Shown here: positions 44,838-54,049 of the stretch, in pieces
Layout of the letters: the number at the start of each line of letters is the position of its first letter
Numbering within the stretch: position 1 is the first letter of the stretch
Virus record (IMG/VR): IMGVR_UViG_3300048672_000233
Location: 1 to 62,622 of that record
From: a virus
Taxonomy: Duplodnaviria; Caudoviricetes
Direction: 5' to 3' (one strand)
Length of the DNA stretch: 62,622 nt
Translations under genes and position numbers: made by a program
The notes under the pieces: model-generated
Told to the model about the DNA's origin: nothing
Database searches by the model: none
The model's input: the letters and a program-made list of their open reading frames with translations, nothing else

Positions 44838-45582
44838 AACAAACAAACTATTTAAAGGCAAAGAATCCTATAAAGAAGAATTCAACGAAGCTAAAGCTAT
44901 CAAATCAGGCAAGTTATCCCCTAAACAGTACGCTACAGGAGAGAAAAGCGAAGACATGAAAAAGATGAAGAAAGGTGGCAAGACGAAATGCTACGCCGAT
45001 GGTGGGGAAACATACCGCGATGCTACTGACGCTCCTGGAGCATATAATAACATTGGCGCACAAGCACGCAGATTACGCGCTGAAGACGAAGCAGCTAAAA
45101 ATATCAAAGGCGGCTCAGAAGGTCCTACACGACCATACTCAAACAAGTTCGCCGATGAAGGCGCAACAGCAGTAAATACACGCGTAAAACCTCCCATGGG
45201 TTCACTGCTTCCTGCGACTAAACCCAGTACGCCTTCATCGCGCGTGCAAACGGGTATGACCTTAGAAGAAGCAAAGTCAGGTAAAACAACCCCCGTAGCG
45301 GCAAAAAAACCCGTAGTAGCTAAGAAACCTGTAGGTAAACGCGCCGCAAGCAAACCCTCAATGGGTGGCATCAGCGCAGCAGACTTAGAATCTTTCCGCC
45401 AAGAAAATATGGCAGATAGGGCTAAGGCAGATTTAGGTGGCAGCGCAAACGAAGATAATAACTTACCCGTCGGAGCAGAAGCCTACAAAAAAGGTGGAAA
45501 AGCGAAGTGTATGAAGTCTGGTGGTAATGTTCGCGGACACGGCGCAGAGCGCACGGGGCGTACTAAAGGGCGGTTTATCTGA
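44821..45582 (+). CDS. Basic low-complexity virion-module protein with repeated xxxGG motifs
   Basis: MKKGG, YADGG, YKKGG, MKSGG; C-terminal RGHGAERTGRTKG. Confidence 0.6.
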   Translation: MKKPSKTNKLFKGKESYKEEFNEAKAIKSGKLSPKQYATGEKSEDMKKMKKGGKTKCYADGGETYRDATDAPGAYNNIGAQARRLRAEDEAAKNIKGGSEGPTRPYSNKFADEGATAVNTRVKPPMGSLLPATKPSTPSSRVQTGMTLEEAKSGKTTPVAAKKPVVAKKPVGKRAASKPSMGGISAADLESFRQENMADRAKADLGGSANEDNNLPVGAEAYKKGGKAKCMKSGGNVRGHGAERTGRTKGRFI

Positions 45583-46292
45583 TGAACTTAACAGGAACAG
45601 CGACATTTAATCTCGACTTAGGTGACACCATTGAAGAAGCCTACGAGCGTTGTGGTCAAGAGGTACGGTCAGGATATGACTTTCGTACGGCTCGGCGGTC
45701 GCTTAACCTGTTGACTATTGAGTGGGCAAATCGTGGTATTAACTTGTGGACAATTGAAGAAGGTGTTATCCCTCTCGTTACTGGGCAGATTACTTACGAT
45801 TTGCCTGTTGATACCATTGATTTGCTTGACCATGTTATTAGAACAGGTAGTGGCTCATCCCAAACAGACATCAACATCAGTCGTATCTCGTCTTCAACGT
45901 ATGCTACGATACCAAATAAGAATGCTACAGGTAGACCCGTACAGTTGTGGATAGACCGCCAAAGCGGCGCGATTAACGCAGATGGTACTGTCCAGTACCC
46001 ACAGGTGAACCTATATCCCGCGCCGAATCAATCAGACTACTATTTAGTATACTGGCGATTACGCCGTATCCAAGATGCTGGAAATGCGGTTAATGGACAA
46101 GATATTCCTTTCAGGTTGCTTAATGCACTTATCGCAGGGTTAGCCTATTTTATATATCAAAAGCAAGCCACCATTGACCCTAATCGACTTCAGATGCTTC
46201 AAACAGACTATGCAAGTCAGTTAGACATCGCTATCCAAGAAGATAGAGAAAAAGCCTCGCTTAGAATTGTACCCCAGTCGGCGTACCGCTAA
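45582..46292 (+). CDS. Putative head-tail adaptor
   Basis: IEEAYERCG...ARRSLNLLTIEWANRGINLW; positional inference. Confidence 0.6.
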   Translation: MNLTGTATFNLDLGDTIEEAYERCGQEVRSGYDFRTARRSLNLLTIEWANRGINLWTIEEGVIPLVTGQITYDLPVDTIDLLDHVIRTGSGSSQTDINISRISSSTYATIPNKNATGRPVQLWIDRQSGAINADGTVQYPQVNLYPAPNQSDYYLVYWRLRRIQDAGNAVNGQDIPFRLLNALIAGLAYFIYQKQATIDPNRLQMLQTDYASQLDIAIQEDREKASLRIVPQSAYR

Positions 46293-46642
46293 TGGCTAGT
46301 AAGTTTTCCTCAGGTAAGAAAGCCTTATTTTATTGTGACCGCTGCGGTCAACGGGCGAAATACCGCGAAGCCAAAAAGCTAACCATAAAGCTCACGCAGA
46401 CTAATATCAAAGTGTGCAAGAGCTGTTGGGAACCTGACCAACCGCAGTTGAAAGTCGGAATGTACCCCGTAAATGACCCACAAGCACTCAAAGACCCTAG
46501 ACCTGATAACGCTACAGAATCTAATAGAAACTTACAGTGGGGCTGGAATCCGATAGGGGGAGCGCGAGGTATCGATGCAGCTTTAACACCCAATAACCTT
46601 GTAGCAAAAACGTACCTAGGCGCAGTAACCATAACAACGTGA
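46292..46642 (+). CDS. Conserved CxxC protein
   Basis: CDRCG...VCKSCWEPDQPQL...DPQALKDPRPD. Confidence 0.6.
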   Translation: MASKFSSGKKALFYCDRCGQRAKYREAKKLTIKLTQTNIKVCKSCWEPDQPQLKVGMYPVNDPQALKDPRPDNATESNRNLQWGWNPIGGARGIDAALTPNNLVAKTYLGAVTITT

Positions 46643-46650
46643 GAATCAAA

Positions 46651-46818
46651 ATGAAAATATCAAACGCAAAACCAACCACAGGTGTAGCTATTGTTATCTC
46701 TGTAGGCAAAGCACCCCAAAGCACGGACGGGATGCAGAACACCAAGACCACAGGGGTTAAAATACGCGGCTGCGGCGCAGCAACTAAAGGAACAACAGCG
46801 CGTGGACCGATGGCATAA
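46651..46818 (+). CDS. Small basic protein
   Basis: 55-aa hand translation ending IRGCGAATKGTTARGPMA; stop overlaps the next ATG. Confidence 0.55.
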   Translation: MKISNAKPTTGVAIVISVGKAPQSTDGMQNTKTTGVKIRGCGAATKGTTARGPMA

Positions 46819-47468
46819 TGACTTACGCCGAACTATGCGTCCTGATTCAGGACTACACAGAAAACAGCTTTACGGTTGACCAGCTTAATACGTTTATCCA
46901 ACAGACTGAGCAGCGTATCTACAATGCTATTCAGCTACCTGACCTACGAAAAAACGTAACAGGTACGCTATCAGCCCATAACAAATACTTGCAATGCCCC
47001 ACAGACTTCATGGCTATGCACTCGTTGGCAGCGGTAGATACAGCGGGGAACTTCAATTATTTGCTCAATAAAGACGTGAATTTTCTACGCGAAGCCTACC
47101 CAAGCGCGGCTACCGAAGGCGAACCGAGGTATTATGCACTGTTTGGTCCTCGCGCAGATAACGACCTATATTTAACATTTATTGTCGCGCCAACGCCTGA
47201 TACTGACTACACGGCGGAGCTACATTATTTTGCTTACCCAGAAAGTATTGTGACAGCGGCAAGCACATGGCTTGGGGATAATTTCGATTCCGCGTTGCTA
47301 TATGGGTCAATTATGGAAGCCTACATCTTTATGAAGGGCGCACCAGAACTCATGCAGACATACAAACAGTATTACACCGAAGCTCTAGCCTTATTGAAAC
47401 AGCTTGGCGATGGTAAAGATAGACGCGACTCATATCGCTCAGGTCAAGTAAGGATGCCCGTAGTATGA
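46818..47468 (+). CDS. Putative tail tubular/adaptor protein
   Basis: MTYAEL...IQDYTEN...PTPDTDYTAELHY...LLYGSIMEAYIFMKG. Confidence 0.65.
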   Translation: MTYAELCVLIQDYTENSFTVDQLNTFIQQTEQRIYNAIQLPDLRKNVTGTLSAHNKYLQCPTDFMAMHSLAAVDTAGNFNYLLNKDVNFLREAYPSAATEGEPRYYALFGPRADNDLYLTFIVAPTPDTDYTAELHYFAYPESIVTAASTWLGDNFDSALLYGSIMEAYIFMKGAPELMQTYKQYYTEALALLKQLGDGKDRRDSYRSGQVRMPVV

Positions 47469-47878
47469 TAGTTCAAACACAGACCACCTCGTTTAAAGCA
47501 GAATGCTATCAAGCAGTACACAACCTGCTAACAGATACACTGAAAATCGCTTTATACACGTCTAGCGCAGACCTTACGCAAGCTACAACGGAATACATAA
47601 CAACAGGTGAGGTTTCAGGAACAGGTTACACAGCAGGGGGTGATGTCATCACAGGGGTAACAGTAAGTTCTGACGGATACACAGTATATGTAAGTTTTGA
47701 CAACCCCTCATGGGTAGGGGCGTTTACGGCAAGAGCAGCCTTAGTGTACAATGCAAGCAAATCTAATAAGTCTGTCGCAGTCATAGATTTCGGTACAGAC
47801 AAGACAACGACAGGCAATTTTACTATTACCCTCCCACCTAATACAGCAACAACCGCACTCATACGGAGTTCAAACTAA
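47465..47878 (+). CDS. Tail structural protein
   Basis: SFKAE...KIALYT...GYTAGG...ARAALVYN. Confidence 0.6.
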   Translation: MIVQTQTTSFKAECYQAVHNLLTDTLKIALYTSSADLTQATTEYITTGEVSGTGYTAGGDVITGVTVSSDGYTVYVSFDNPSWVGAFTARAALVYNASKSNKSVAVIDFGTDKTTTGNFTITLPPNTATTALIRSSN

Positions 47879-48429
47879 TGACAACAGAAGCAGTAAATAG
47901 TACAGAATCCACAGGCGCAACACTTATGCGTTCAGGCACTACACAAGAACAAGTATCCGTTAAAGGACACTACGATGTTGTATGTATGCGTGATGGCACA
48001 GTCGCGTGGGAAGATGCTATTGAGAACCTCGTGGTAACAGTAGGTAAAAATGACCTACTAGATAAATACTTCGCTGGCTCGACATACACCGCAGGTTGGT
48101 ATATGGGCTTAGTAGACGGCACGTCTACACCAACCTACGCCGCAGGTGATACTTTAGCTTCTCACGCAGGCTGGACAGAAAGCACTGCGTATAGTGGGTC
48201 AAACCGTATTACAGTAGCATGGAACGCTGCGTCATCAGGTTCTAAAGCGTCAACCTCTACCTCGTTTAGCATCAATGGTACGGCTACCATCGCGGGGGCT
48301 ATTTTGACACAAACCCAAGTACGCGCTACAACAACAGGTATTTTATACTCAGCAGGTAGCTTCACAGGGGGTAATCGCTCAGTTATTTCAGGCGACACCT
48401 TATTGGTCACTTTCACAGCGAGCGTGTAA
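47878..48429 (+). CDS. Tail structural protein
   Basis: 183 aa; NLVVTVGKN...; beta-rich. Confidence 0.6.
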   Translation: MTTEAVNSTESTGATLMRSGTTQEQVSVKGHYDVVCMRDGTVAWEDAIENLVVTVGKNDLLDKYFAGSTYTAGWYMGLVDGTSTPTYAAGDTLASHAGWTESTAYSGSNRITVAWNAASSGSKASTSTSFSINGTATIAGAILTQTQVRATTTGILYSAGSFTGGNRSVISGDTLLVTFTASV

Positions 48430-48432
48430 GTC

Positions 48433-48780
48433 ATGGCTCTTGTATTAGCGGATAGAGTAAAAGAGACCACCACTACCACAGGTACAGGAGCAGTAACTTT
48501 AGCAGGAGCAGTATCAGGCTTTCAGGCTTTTTCAGTTGTAGGAGATGGGAACGCATGTTACTACACGATAGCCGACCAAACAGGGACTAACTGGGAAGTA
48601 GGTATTGGAACATATACCTCAGTAGGAACATCACTAAGCCGAGATACAGTAATATCGTCATCTAATGCAGGAAGCGCGGTTACTTTTGGTACAGGGACTA
48701 AAGACGTGTTTGTAACATATCCCGCAGCAAAAGCGGTTGACCTGAGCGTAGCCCATACATTAACTTTAGGATACTATTAA
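48433..48780 (+). CDS. Tail-fibre anchor-like protein
   Basis: MALVLADRVKETTTTTGTG...WEVGIGTY...KDVFVTYPA. Confidence 0.6.
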   Translation: MALVLADRVKETTTTTGTGAVTLAGAVSGFQAFSVVGDGNACYYTIADQTGTNWEVGIGTYTSVGTSLSRDTVISSSNAGSAVTFGTGTKDVFVTYPAAKAVDLSVAHTLTLGYY

Positions 48781-48781
48781 C

Positions 48782-49195
48782 ATGGCTAAAATATATACGG
48801 CACCGATGGCTCAAACCATCAATAATTCAAACTGCGTTATTCAAACAGCAGGTACTAATAACACGGATGCACCTACTAACTCTGTTTTGCTTTATACCGC
48901 AGGCGCAGAAGGTTCACTAATTACTACTATCCAAGCGTTATATCGCGGTACAAATGTCGCATCTTCTTTGTACCTGTTTGTGAGTACAGATGGTGGCACA
49001 ACACAGCGATTGGTTGATTCAGTTGCAGCCGCCGCCTACACCTACGCAACAACGACAATCAACCCATTAGTCTACTTTCCTACCGCAAATGAGGATTACC
49101 CTTTACGATTAGCCCCTAATGCTAAGTTGTATGTGAATACGGCTGTTACTGTAGCATCTGGGTATGTCGTCACTGCGCGTGGAATGGACTACTAA
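48782..49195 (+). CDS. Tail-associated protein
   Basis: 137 aa, beta-rich. Confidence 0.55.
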   Translation: MAKIYTAPMAQTINNSNCVIQTAGTNNTDAPTNSVLLYTAGAEGSLITTIQALYRGTNVASSLYLFVSTDGGTTQRLVDSVAAAAYTYATTTINPLVYFPTANEDYPLRLAPNAKLYVNTAVTVASGYVVTARGMDY

Positions 49196-49196
49196 G

Positions 49197-51005
49197 ATGA
49201 AAAGTAATTTACCAGCCTTAAAAAGGGAAAAAAGAAACTACTGGTATTGGGCTAGAGATTTGTTGGTTAATGGGTTGACAGTAGGGCGAGGTGGTGGGAA
49301 CAATCCTCAGAATACAGCTAATGGTACGGGTGCCCTGTACAGTAACACCACAGGAAGCTACAACACCGCTAATGGTTATTATGCCCTGCGCCTTAACACC
49401 ACAGGCACCCAAAACACTGCTAATGGTTCTTATGCCCTGTACAGTAACACCACAGGAAGCTACAACACTGCTAATGGGTATTATGCCCTGTACAGTAACA
49501 CCACAGGTTCGGGTAACTCCTTTTATGGGTACAACTCAGGATGCTACCAACAAACAGTCTTAAACCAAGTAGGCATAGGCTATGAAGCACTACGAGGTTC
49601 AACTACTCCTGCTAATAACACAGGAGCGAATAATACTGCTGTTGGGTATCAAGCCCTGCTCAATAACACCACAGGAAGCAACACCACTGCTAACGGTTAT
49701 CAAGCCCTACTCAATAACACCACAGGAAACAACAACACAGCTAATAGTTCTTATGCCCTGCTCAATAACACTACAGGCTACAATAACACTGCTAATGGTT
49801 ATGCAGCCCTGTTCAGTAATACTACAGGCGTTCGAAACATAGCTAATGGTATGCAAGCTCTGTACTATAACACCACAGGCACTCAAAACACAGCTAATGG
49901 TATGCAAGCTCTGTACTCTAACACCACAGGCAGTAGCAACACAGCTAATGGTATGCAAGCTCTGTACGTTAACACCACAGGCAGTAGCAACACAGCTAAT
50001 GGTTATTATGCCCTGCGCCTTAACACCACAAGCAACAACAACACAGCAGAAGGTTATCAAGCCGCTTATAGTCAAAACAACCAAACCATTACCGCAGGGG
50101 TATTTGTAGTTGGCGCAAGCTATACCATTCTTACAGTAGGGACGACCACTTTTACAACCATCGGTGCCTCTGCAGATACTATTGGTACGGTATTCACGGC
50201 AACAGGGGTTGGCTCTGGTACAGGCACAGCGACCTTAAATCATCAAACCTCAGCGTTAGGTTATAACTCTGGGTATTCAAATCTATCGGGACATAATACT
50301 ACACCTTTAGGCGTTAATGCGTTATATGCCAACACAGCCTTCTACAATGTCACAGGTGTAGGCGCAAACACAGCCGTTACAGGTTCAAACCAAGTCCAAC
50401 TGGGTGATTCAGCCACTACGACCTATGCTTACGGGGCAGTTCAAGACCGTTCAGATATTCGAGATAAAGCGGATGTTCGTGATACCACTTTAGGATTAGC
50501 ATTTATTGAATCCTTACGTCCTGTAGACTTTAAGTGGGATAAGCGTGAAGATTATCGTACTCCACCTCCAGTTAAACCTGAGTACCCAGTTAAACCTGCT
50601 CAACCAGAACGAGTAGATTCTTTACAGCTTGAAGGTGAACTAGATGAAGATTACAGAACTCGGATTGATGCTGAATGGCAAACAACCTTAGATACTTTTG
50701 AAGCTGAGTACAAAGCCCTAACCGATGTAGTTGATGCTGAGTTTGCTGGTGTACACGATGCTTGGTTAGAATCTAACAAACTCGCTAACATTACACATGA
50801 TGGAACACATAAACGTAGCCGTTATCATCATGGTGTAATTGCTCAGGAAGTCCCCGCTGAGTTTGGTGGCTTACAGAATCATGCTTTAAAAGGTGGTGAT
50901 GATGTTTGGTCAGTCGGGTATGAAGAATTTATTGCTCCGATGATTAAGGCAATACAGGAATTATCGGCTGAGAATAAAATGTTAAAGGCACATTTAGGAT
51001 TGTAG
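49197..51005 (+). CDS. Tail fibre/spike with 14-aa NTANGxxALxxNTTG repeats and a C-terminal S74-type intramolecular chaperone
   Basis: Repeats at about 49310-50060; SDIRDK...LGLAFIESLRPVDFKW...HGVIAQEV...YEEFIAPMIKAIQEL. Confidence 0.85.
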   Translation: MKSNLPALKREKRNYWYWARDLLVNGLTVGRGGGNNPQNTANGTGALYSNTTGSYNTANGYYALRLNTTGTQNTANGSYALYSNTTGSYNTANGYYALYSNTTGSGNSFYGYNSGCYQQTVLNQVGIGYEALRGSTTPANNTGANNTAVGYQALLNNTTGSNTTANGYQALLNNTTGNNNTANSSYALLNNTTGYNNTANGYAALFSNTTGVRNIANGMQALYYNTTGTQNTANGMQALYSNTTGSSNTANGMQALYVNTTGSSNTANGYYALRLNTTSNNNTAEGYQAAYSQNNQTITAGVFVVGASYTILTVGTTTFTTIGASADTIGTVFTATGVGSGTGTATLNHQTSALGYNSGYSNLSGHNTTPLGVNALYANTAFYNVTGVGANTAVTGSNQVQLGDSATTTYAYGAVQDRSDIRDKADVRDTTLGLAFIESLRPVDFKWDKREDYRTPPPVKPEYPVKPAQPERVDSLQLEGELDEDYRTRIDAEWQTTLDTFEAEYKALTDVVDAEFAGVHDAWLESNKLANITHDGTHKRSRYHHGVIAQEVPAEFGGLQNHALKGGDDVWSVGYEEFIAPMIKAIQELSAENKMLKAHLGL

Positions 51006-51006
51006 T

Positions 51007-51822
51007 ATGTTCGGGTTCTCTAGCTTTTCTGAAACACCATTTTCCGCACAAGTAGTCACAGGGCAGTCAGGCAGCACCGTAACAGAAACCCTAACAGGCT
51101 CAGGCGTATATCTTGTTGGCGGTACATATAATGTGGGTGTCGCTGAAACCCTAACAGGCTCAGACGTTTTTCTTGTTGGGGGCATCTATAGTGTAGATAC
51201 TACTGAAACGCTAATAGGCTCAGATGCAAGCGTAGCTATTCAAGGGTACAGCGTAGATGTAGCTGAAACCCTAATAGGCTCAGATAACTACGGTGTGAGC
51301 AGCGCATACGGCGCGGGCATATATGAAATGCTAACAGGCTCAGACGCATACCTTGTCGGTGGTACATATAATATAGCTGTAGCTGAAACATTAAGCGGTA
51401 TAGACAACTTAAGGGGTTTGCTTAGTATCATAACAACGACTACGGAAACCGCATCCGCAGGGGGAAGCAACCTAGCTGTCGCATTGCGTGTAGGTGATAT
51501 AGCAGAAACCCTAGCCCCAACTGCTACCCAGACAAACACAGCTAGTTTAGTAGGGCAACTCACTGAAACAATCCCTAACGCAGACACACTAAGTTCCATC
51601 GCTACATGCGTTAATACCCATACCGAAACAGCAAACGCTGTAACTACCCAATCTTGTGTGTACACAGCTAGGCTATCAATAAACGAAAACCTAACACCTT
51701 CAGACACTTGGGTTTCACAATTCTTATGGAATAGTATAAATACCGCCCAAACACCTAACTGGGTTACAATTAGCACCAACCAAACACCTAACTGGACAAC
51801 AGTAGTTACATATCAGGAATAA
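51007..51822 (+). CDS. Tail-associated repeat protein
   Basis: MFGFSSFSETPFS start; ETLxGS repeats with a ~20-aa period; QTPNW x2. Confidence 0.6.
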   Translation: MFGFSSFSETPFSAQVVTGQSGSTVTETLTGSGVYLVGGTYNVGVAETLTGSDVFLVGGIYSVDTTETLIGSDASVAIQGYSVDVAETLIGSDNYGVSSAYGAGIYEMLTGSDAYLVGGTYNIAVAETLSGIDNLRGLLSIITTTTETASAGGSNLAVALRVGDIAETLAPTATQTNTASLVGQLTETIPNADTLSSIATCVNTHTETANAVTTQSCVYTARLSINENLTPSDTWVSQFLWNSINTAQTPNWVTISTNQTPNWTTVVTYQE

Positions 51823-51824
51823 CG

Positions 51825-53426
51825 ATGACAACAGCGTACACAAATCTTTTAGGGTTAGCCCTACCCGTAGACGGGGAATTAACAGGTGCATGGGGTCCAG
51901 TAATTAACAACTCTATTACATCGCTCATTGAAGATGCTGTAGCAAACTTTGCTACGCACGATATCACAGCAGGGGACTGGACACTTACCACTACAGGTAG
52001 TGGTACATCAAACGAAGCGCGTATGGCGATGCTGGTAGTAACTGGTACACCAGGAACAACACGAACTATCACCGCCCCTGGGCATAGTAAAATGTATTTG
52101 GTGAGTAATCAGTCCAACGCGGCGGTGACAGTAAAATCCGCATCTACAACGGGCGTAACAGTAGCAGCAGGGCAGAATACTATCGTCGCGTGGAACAACG
52201 TAGACTTTGTAGAGATTAAATCCACCCAAGTGCTAAATTTAGCAGGTGGCAGCGCAGGTAAAATACCTTATCAAAGCGCAGCGGATACAACAGCCTTCAC
52301 AGCCGCAGGGACATCAGGGCAAGTCTTAACCAGCAACGGTACATCGCCACCAACATGGCAAAGTGTGAGTTCATCCTCAGCTAACCTCACAGGTGGCGCA
52401 GCAAGTCAAATCCCCTATCAGTCAGCACCAAGCACCACAACATTCATTGCTAATGGAACATCAGGGCAAGTCTTAACCAGCAACGGAGCTGGTGTACCCT
52501 CATGGAACACGCTACCCACAACTATCTCAACAGCGTCTAATTTAGCTGGCGGCAGCGCAGGAACTATTCCCTATCAGTCAGGCTCAGGCGCAACGTCAAT
52601 GCTCGCAGCAGGGACTTCAGGGTATTACCTAAAAAGTAATGGCGCAGGTGCGCCTTCGTGGGCAGCGGTATCAACATCAGTAGATACAGGGGCATCATCT
52701 AACATCAATGGGTTACTGAAAGGTAATGGCTCAACCCTGAGCGTAGCCACAGCGGGTACTGACTATTTAGTTCCAAGTTCTACCGCGATAGGTACATCGG
52801 GTTCTGTAACATTAGCAAATTGCATGTATGTGTATAAGTATGACGCATCATCAACATCAACCAGAAGCTATACCACGCAAAATATGTCAGAACAGTTTGG
52901 TGGGACAGCGGTAATAATTTCAGGCAGGTGGGACACAGGACAGTATTGCTTTTGGTTAGGTAATGGCAATGATGTTGATTTAGGTCGTAGCGGACAGCCA
53001 GTAAAAACCATCTACACTCAGAACTCAGTTGTTGTAGTATCAGACAAACGCGAAAAAACAGAAGTCACTCAGACATTAGGTCTTGATTTTGTTAAAGCCC
53101 TTAAACCTGTGAACTATATATGGAAAGTTGGTGGTTATGATACATCACATATCGAGGGGGAAAAAACAGCAGAAGAATTACTAAACGAGCGCGTCCCAGT
53201 TCCAGGCACCCGAATCCACGCTGGTTTCTTCGCTCAAGACGTTAAAGAAGCCTTAGACACATTAGGGAAAGATTTTGGGGGTTGGGTAATTGAAGATAAG
53301 AACGACCTCAACTCTAAACAGATGCTTCGCTTAGAGGAGTTTATCTCACCTATTGTTAAAGCTATTCAAGAGCAGCAAGTGATGATTGAAGATTTACAAG
53401 CGCGTTTAGCAGCGTTAGGAGGTTAA
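51825..53426 (+). CDS. Second tail fibre with an S74-type chaperone
   Basis: NLxGG..IPYQS repeats x3; SDKREK...LGLDFVKALKPV...GFFAQDV...IVKAIQE. Confidence 0.82.
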   Translation: MTTAYTNLLGLALPVDGELTGAWGPVINNSITSLIEDAVANFATHDITAGDWTLTTTGSGTSNEARMAMLVVTGTPGTTRTITAPGHSKMYLVSNQSNAAVTVKSASTTGVTVAAGQNTIVAWNNVDFVEIKSTQVLNLAGGSAGKIPYQSAADTTAFTAAGTSGQVLTSNGTSPPTWQSVSSSSANLTGGAASQIPYQSAPSTTTFIANGTSGQVLTSNGAGVPSWNTLPTTISTASNLAGGSAGTIPYQSGSGATSMLAAGTSGYYLKSNGAGAPSWAAVSTSVDTGASSNINGLLKGNGSTLSVATAGTDYLVPSSTAIGTSGSVTLANCMYVYKYDASSTSTRSYTTQNMSEQFGGTAVIISGRWDTGQYCFWLGNGNDVDLGRSGQPVKTIYTQNSVVVVSDKREKTEVTQTLGLDFVKALKPVNYIWKVGGYDTSHIEGEKTAEELLNERVPVPGTRIHAGFFAQDVKEALDTLGKDFGGWVIEDKNDLNSKQMLRLEEFISPIVKAIQEQQVMIEDLQARLAALGG

Positions 53427-53427
53427 T

Positions 53428-53592
53428 ATGCAGTGGATTATCAGTAGACTAAAAGAACCTTCAACCTATTTAGGGATGTTTGCTATTGCCAGTGCATTCT
53501 TTCATATTGACCTTTCACCAGAGCAACAAGACGCGGTAGTTGAATTAGCTATCGCCCTAGCTGGTGGTGGCTTAATTGCGACGAAGGGGTAA
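53428..53592 (+). CDS. Putative holin
   Basis: 54-aa hand translation MQWIISRLKEPSTYLGMFAIASAFF...LAIALAGGGLIATKG; two hydrophobic segments; AGGAGG RBS; directly before the lysozyme. Confidence 0.65.
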   Translation: MQWIISRLKEPSTYLGMFAIASAFFHIDLSPEQQDAVVELAIALAGGGLIATKG

Positions 53593-53594
53593 GT

Positions 53595-54047
53595 ATGTAC
53601 GAAGAACTCAGTAAACAGTTGACCTTTGAAGAAGGTAGAAAGCTCAAAAAGTATAAATGCACCGCAGGGCATTGGACAACAGGTATTGGACATAATCTCG
53701 ACGCAAAACCAAAAATGCGTGGTTGGACTATCCCTGATACCATCACAGATAAAGAGTGTGACGCGATATTTACGGTTGATATCCAAGACACCGCTGAGTC
53801 CCTAACTAAAGCCTACCCAAACCTGCGCAACCTAACACCAGCTCGCCGCGATGCACTGCTTAATATGGCATTCCAAATGGGAACAGCAGGGGTGATTAAG
53901 TTTAGAGGTATGATAGCTGCCTTAGACAATAAAGATTGGCAACGGGCTAAGGCTTGTGCATTAGACAGCGCATGGGCAAAACAAACCCCTCAACGCGCTG
54001 CTCGCGTAGCCCACCAGATAATGACGGGCGAATACTACAAGGTATAA
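53595..54047 (+). CDS. GH24 (T4-like) lysozyme
   Basis: EEG...YKCTAGHWTTGIGHNL...LLNMAFQMG...SAWAKQTPQRAAR. Confidence 0.9.
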   Translation: MYEELSKQLTFEEGRKLKKYKCTAGHWTTGIGHNLDAKPKMRGWTIPDTITDKECDAIFTVDIQDTAESLTKAYPNLRNLTPARRDALLNMAFQMGTAGVIKFRGMIAALDNKDWQRAKACALDSAWAKQTPQRAARVAHQIMTGEYYKV

Positions 54048-54049
54048 CG

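Noticed and set aside
49310-50060. Regularly spaced repeats suggesting a CRISPR array
   Set aside because: They are in-frame 14-aa protein repeats with no unique spacers, and no cas operon is present.
49197-53426. Diversity-generating retroelement or invertible tail-fibre cassette
   Set aside because: No reverse transcriptase, recombinase or adenine-specific template/variable repeat pair was seen.
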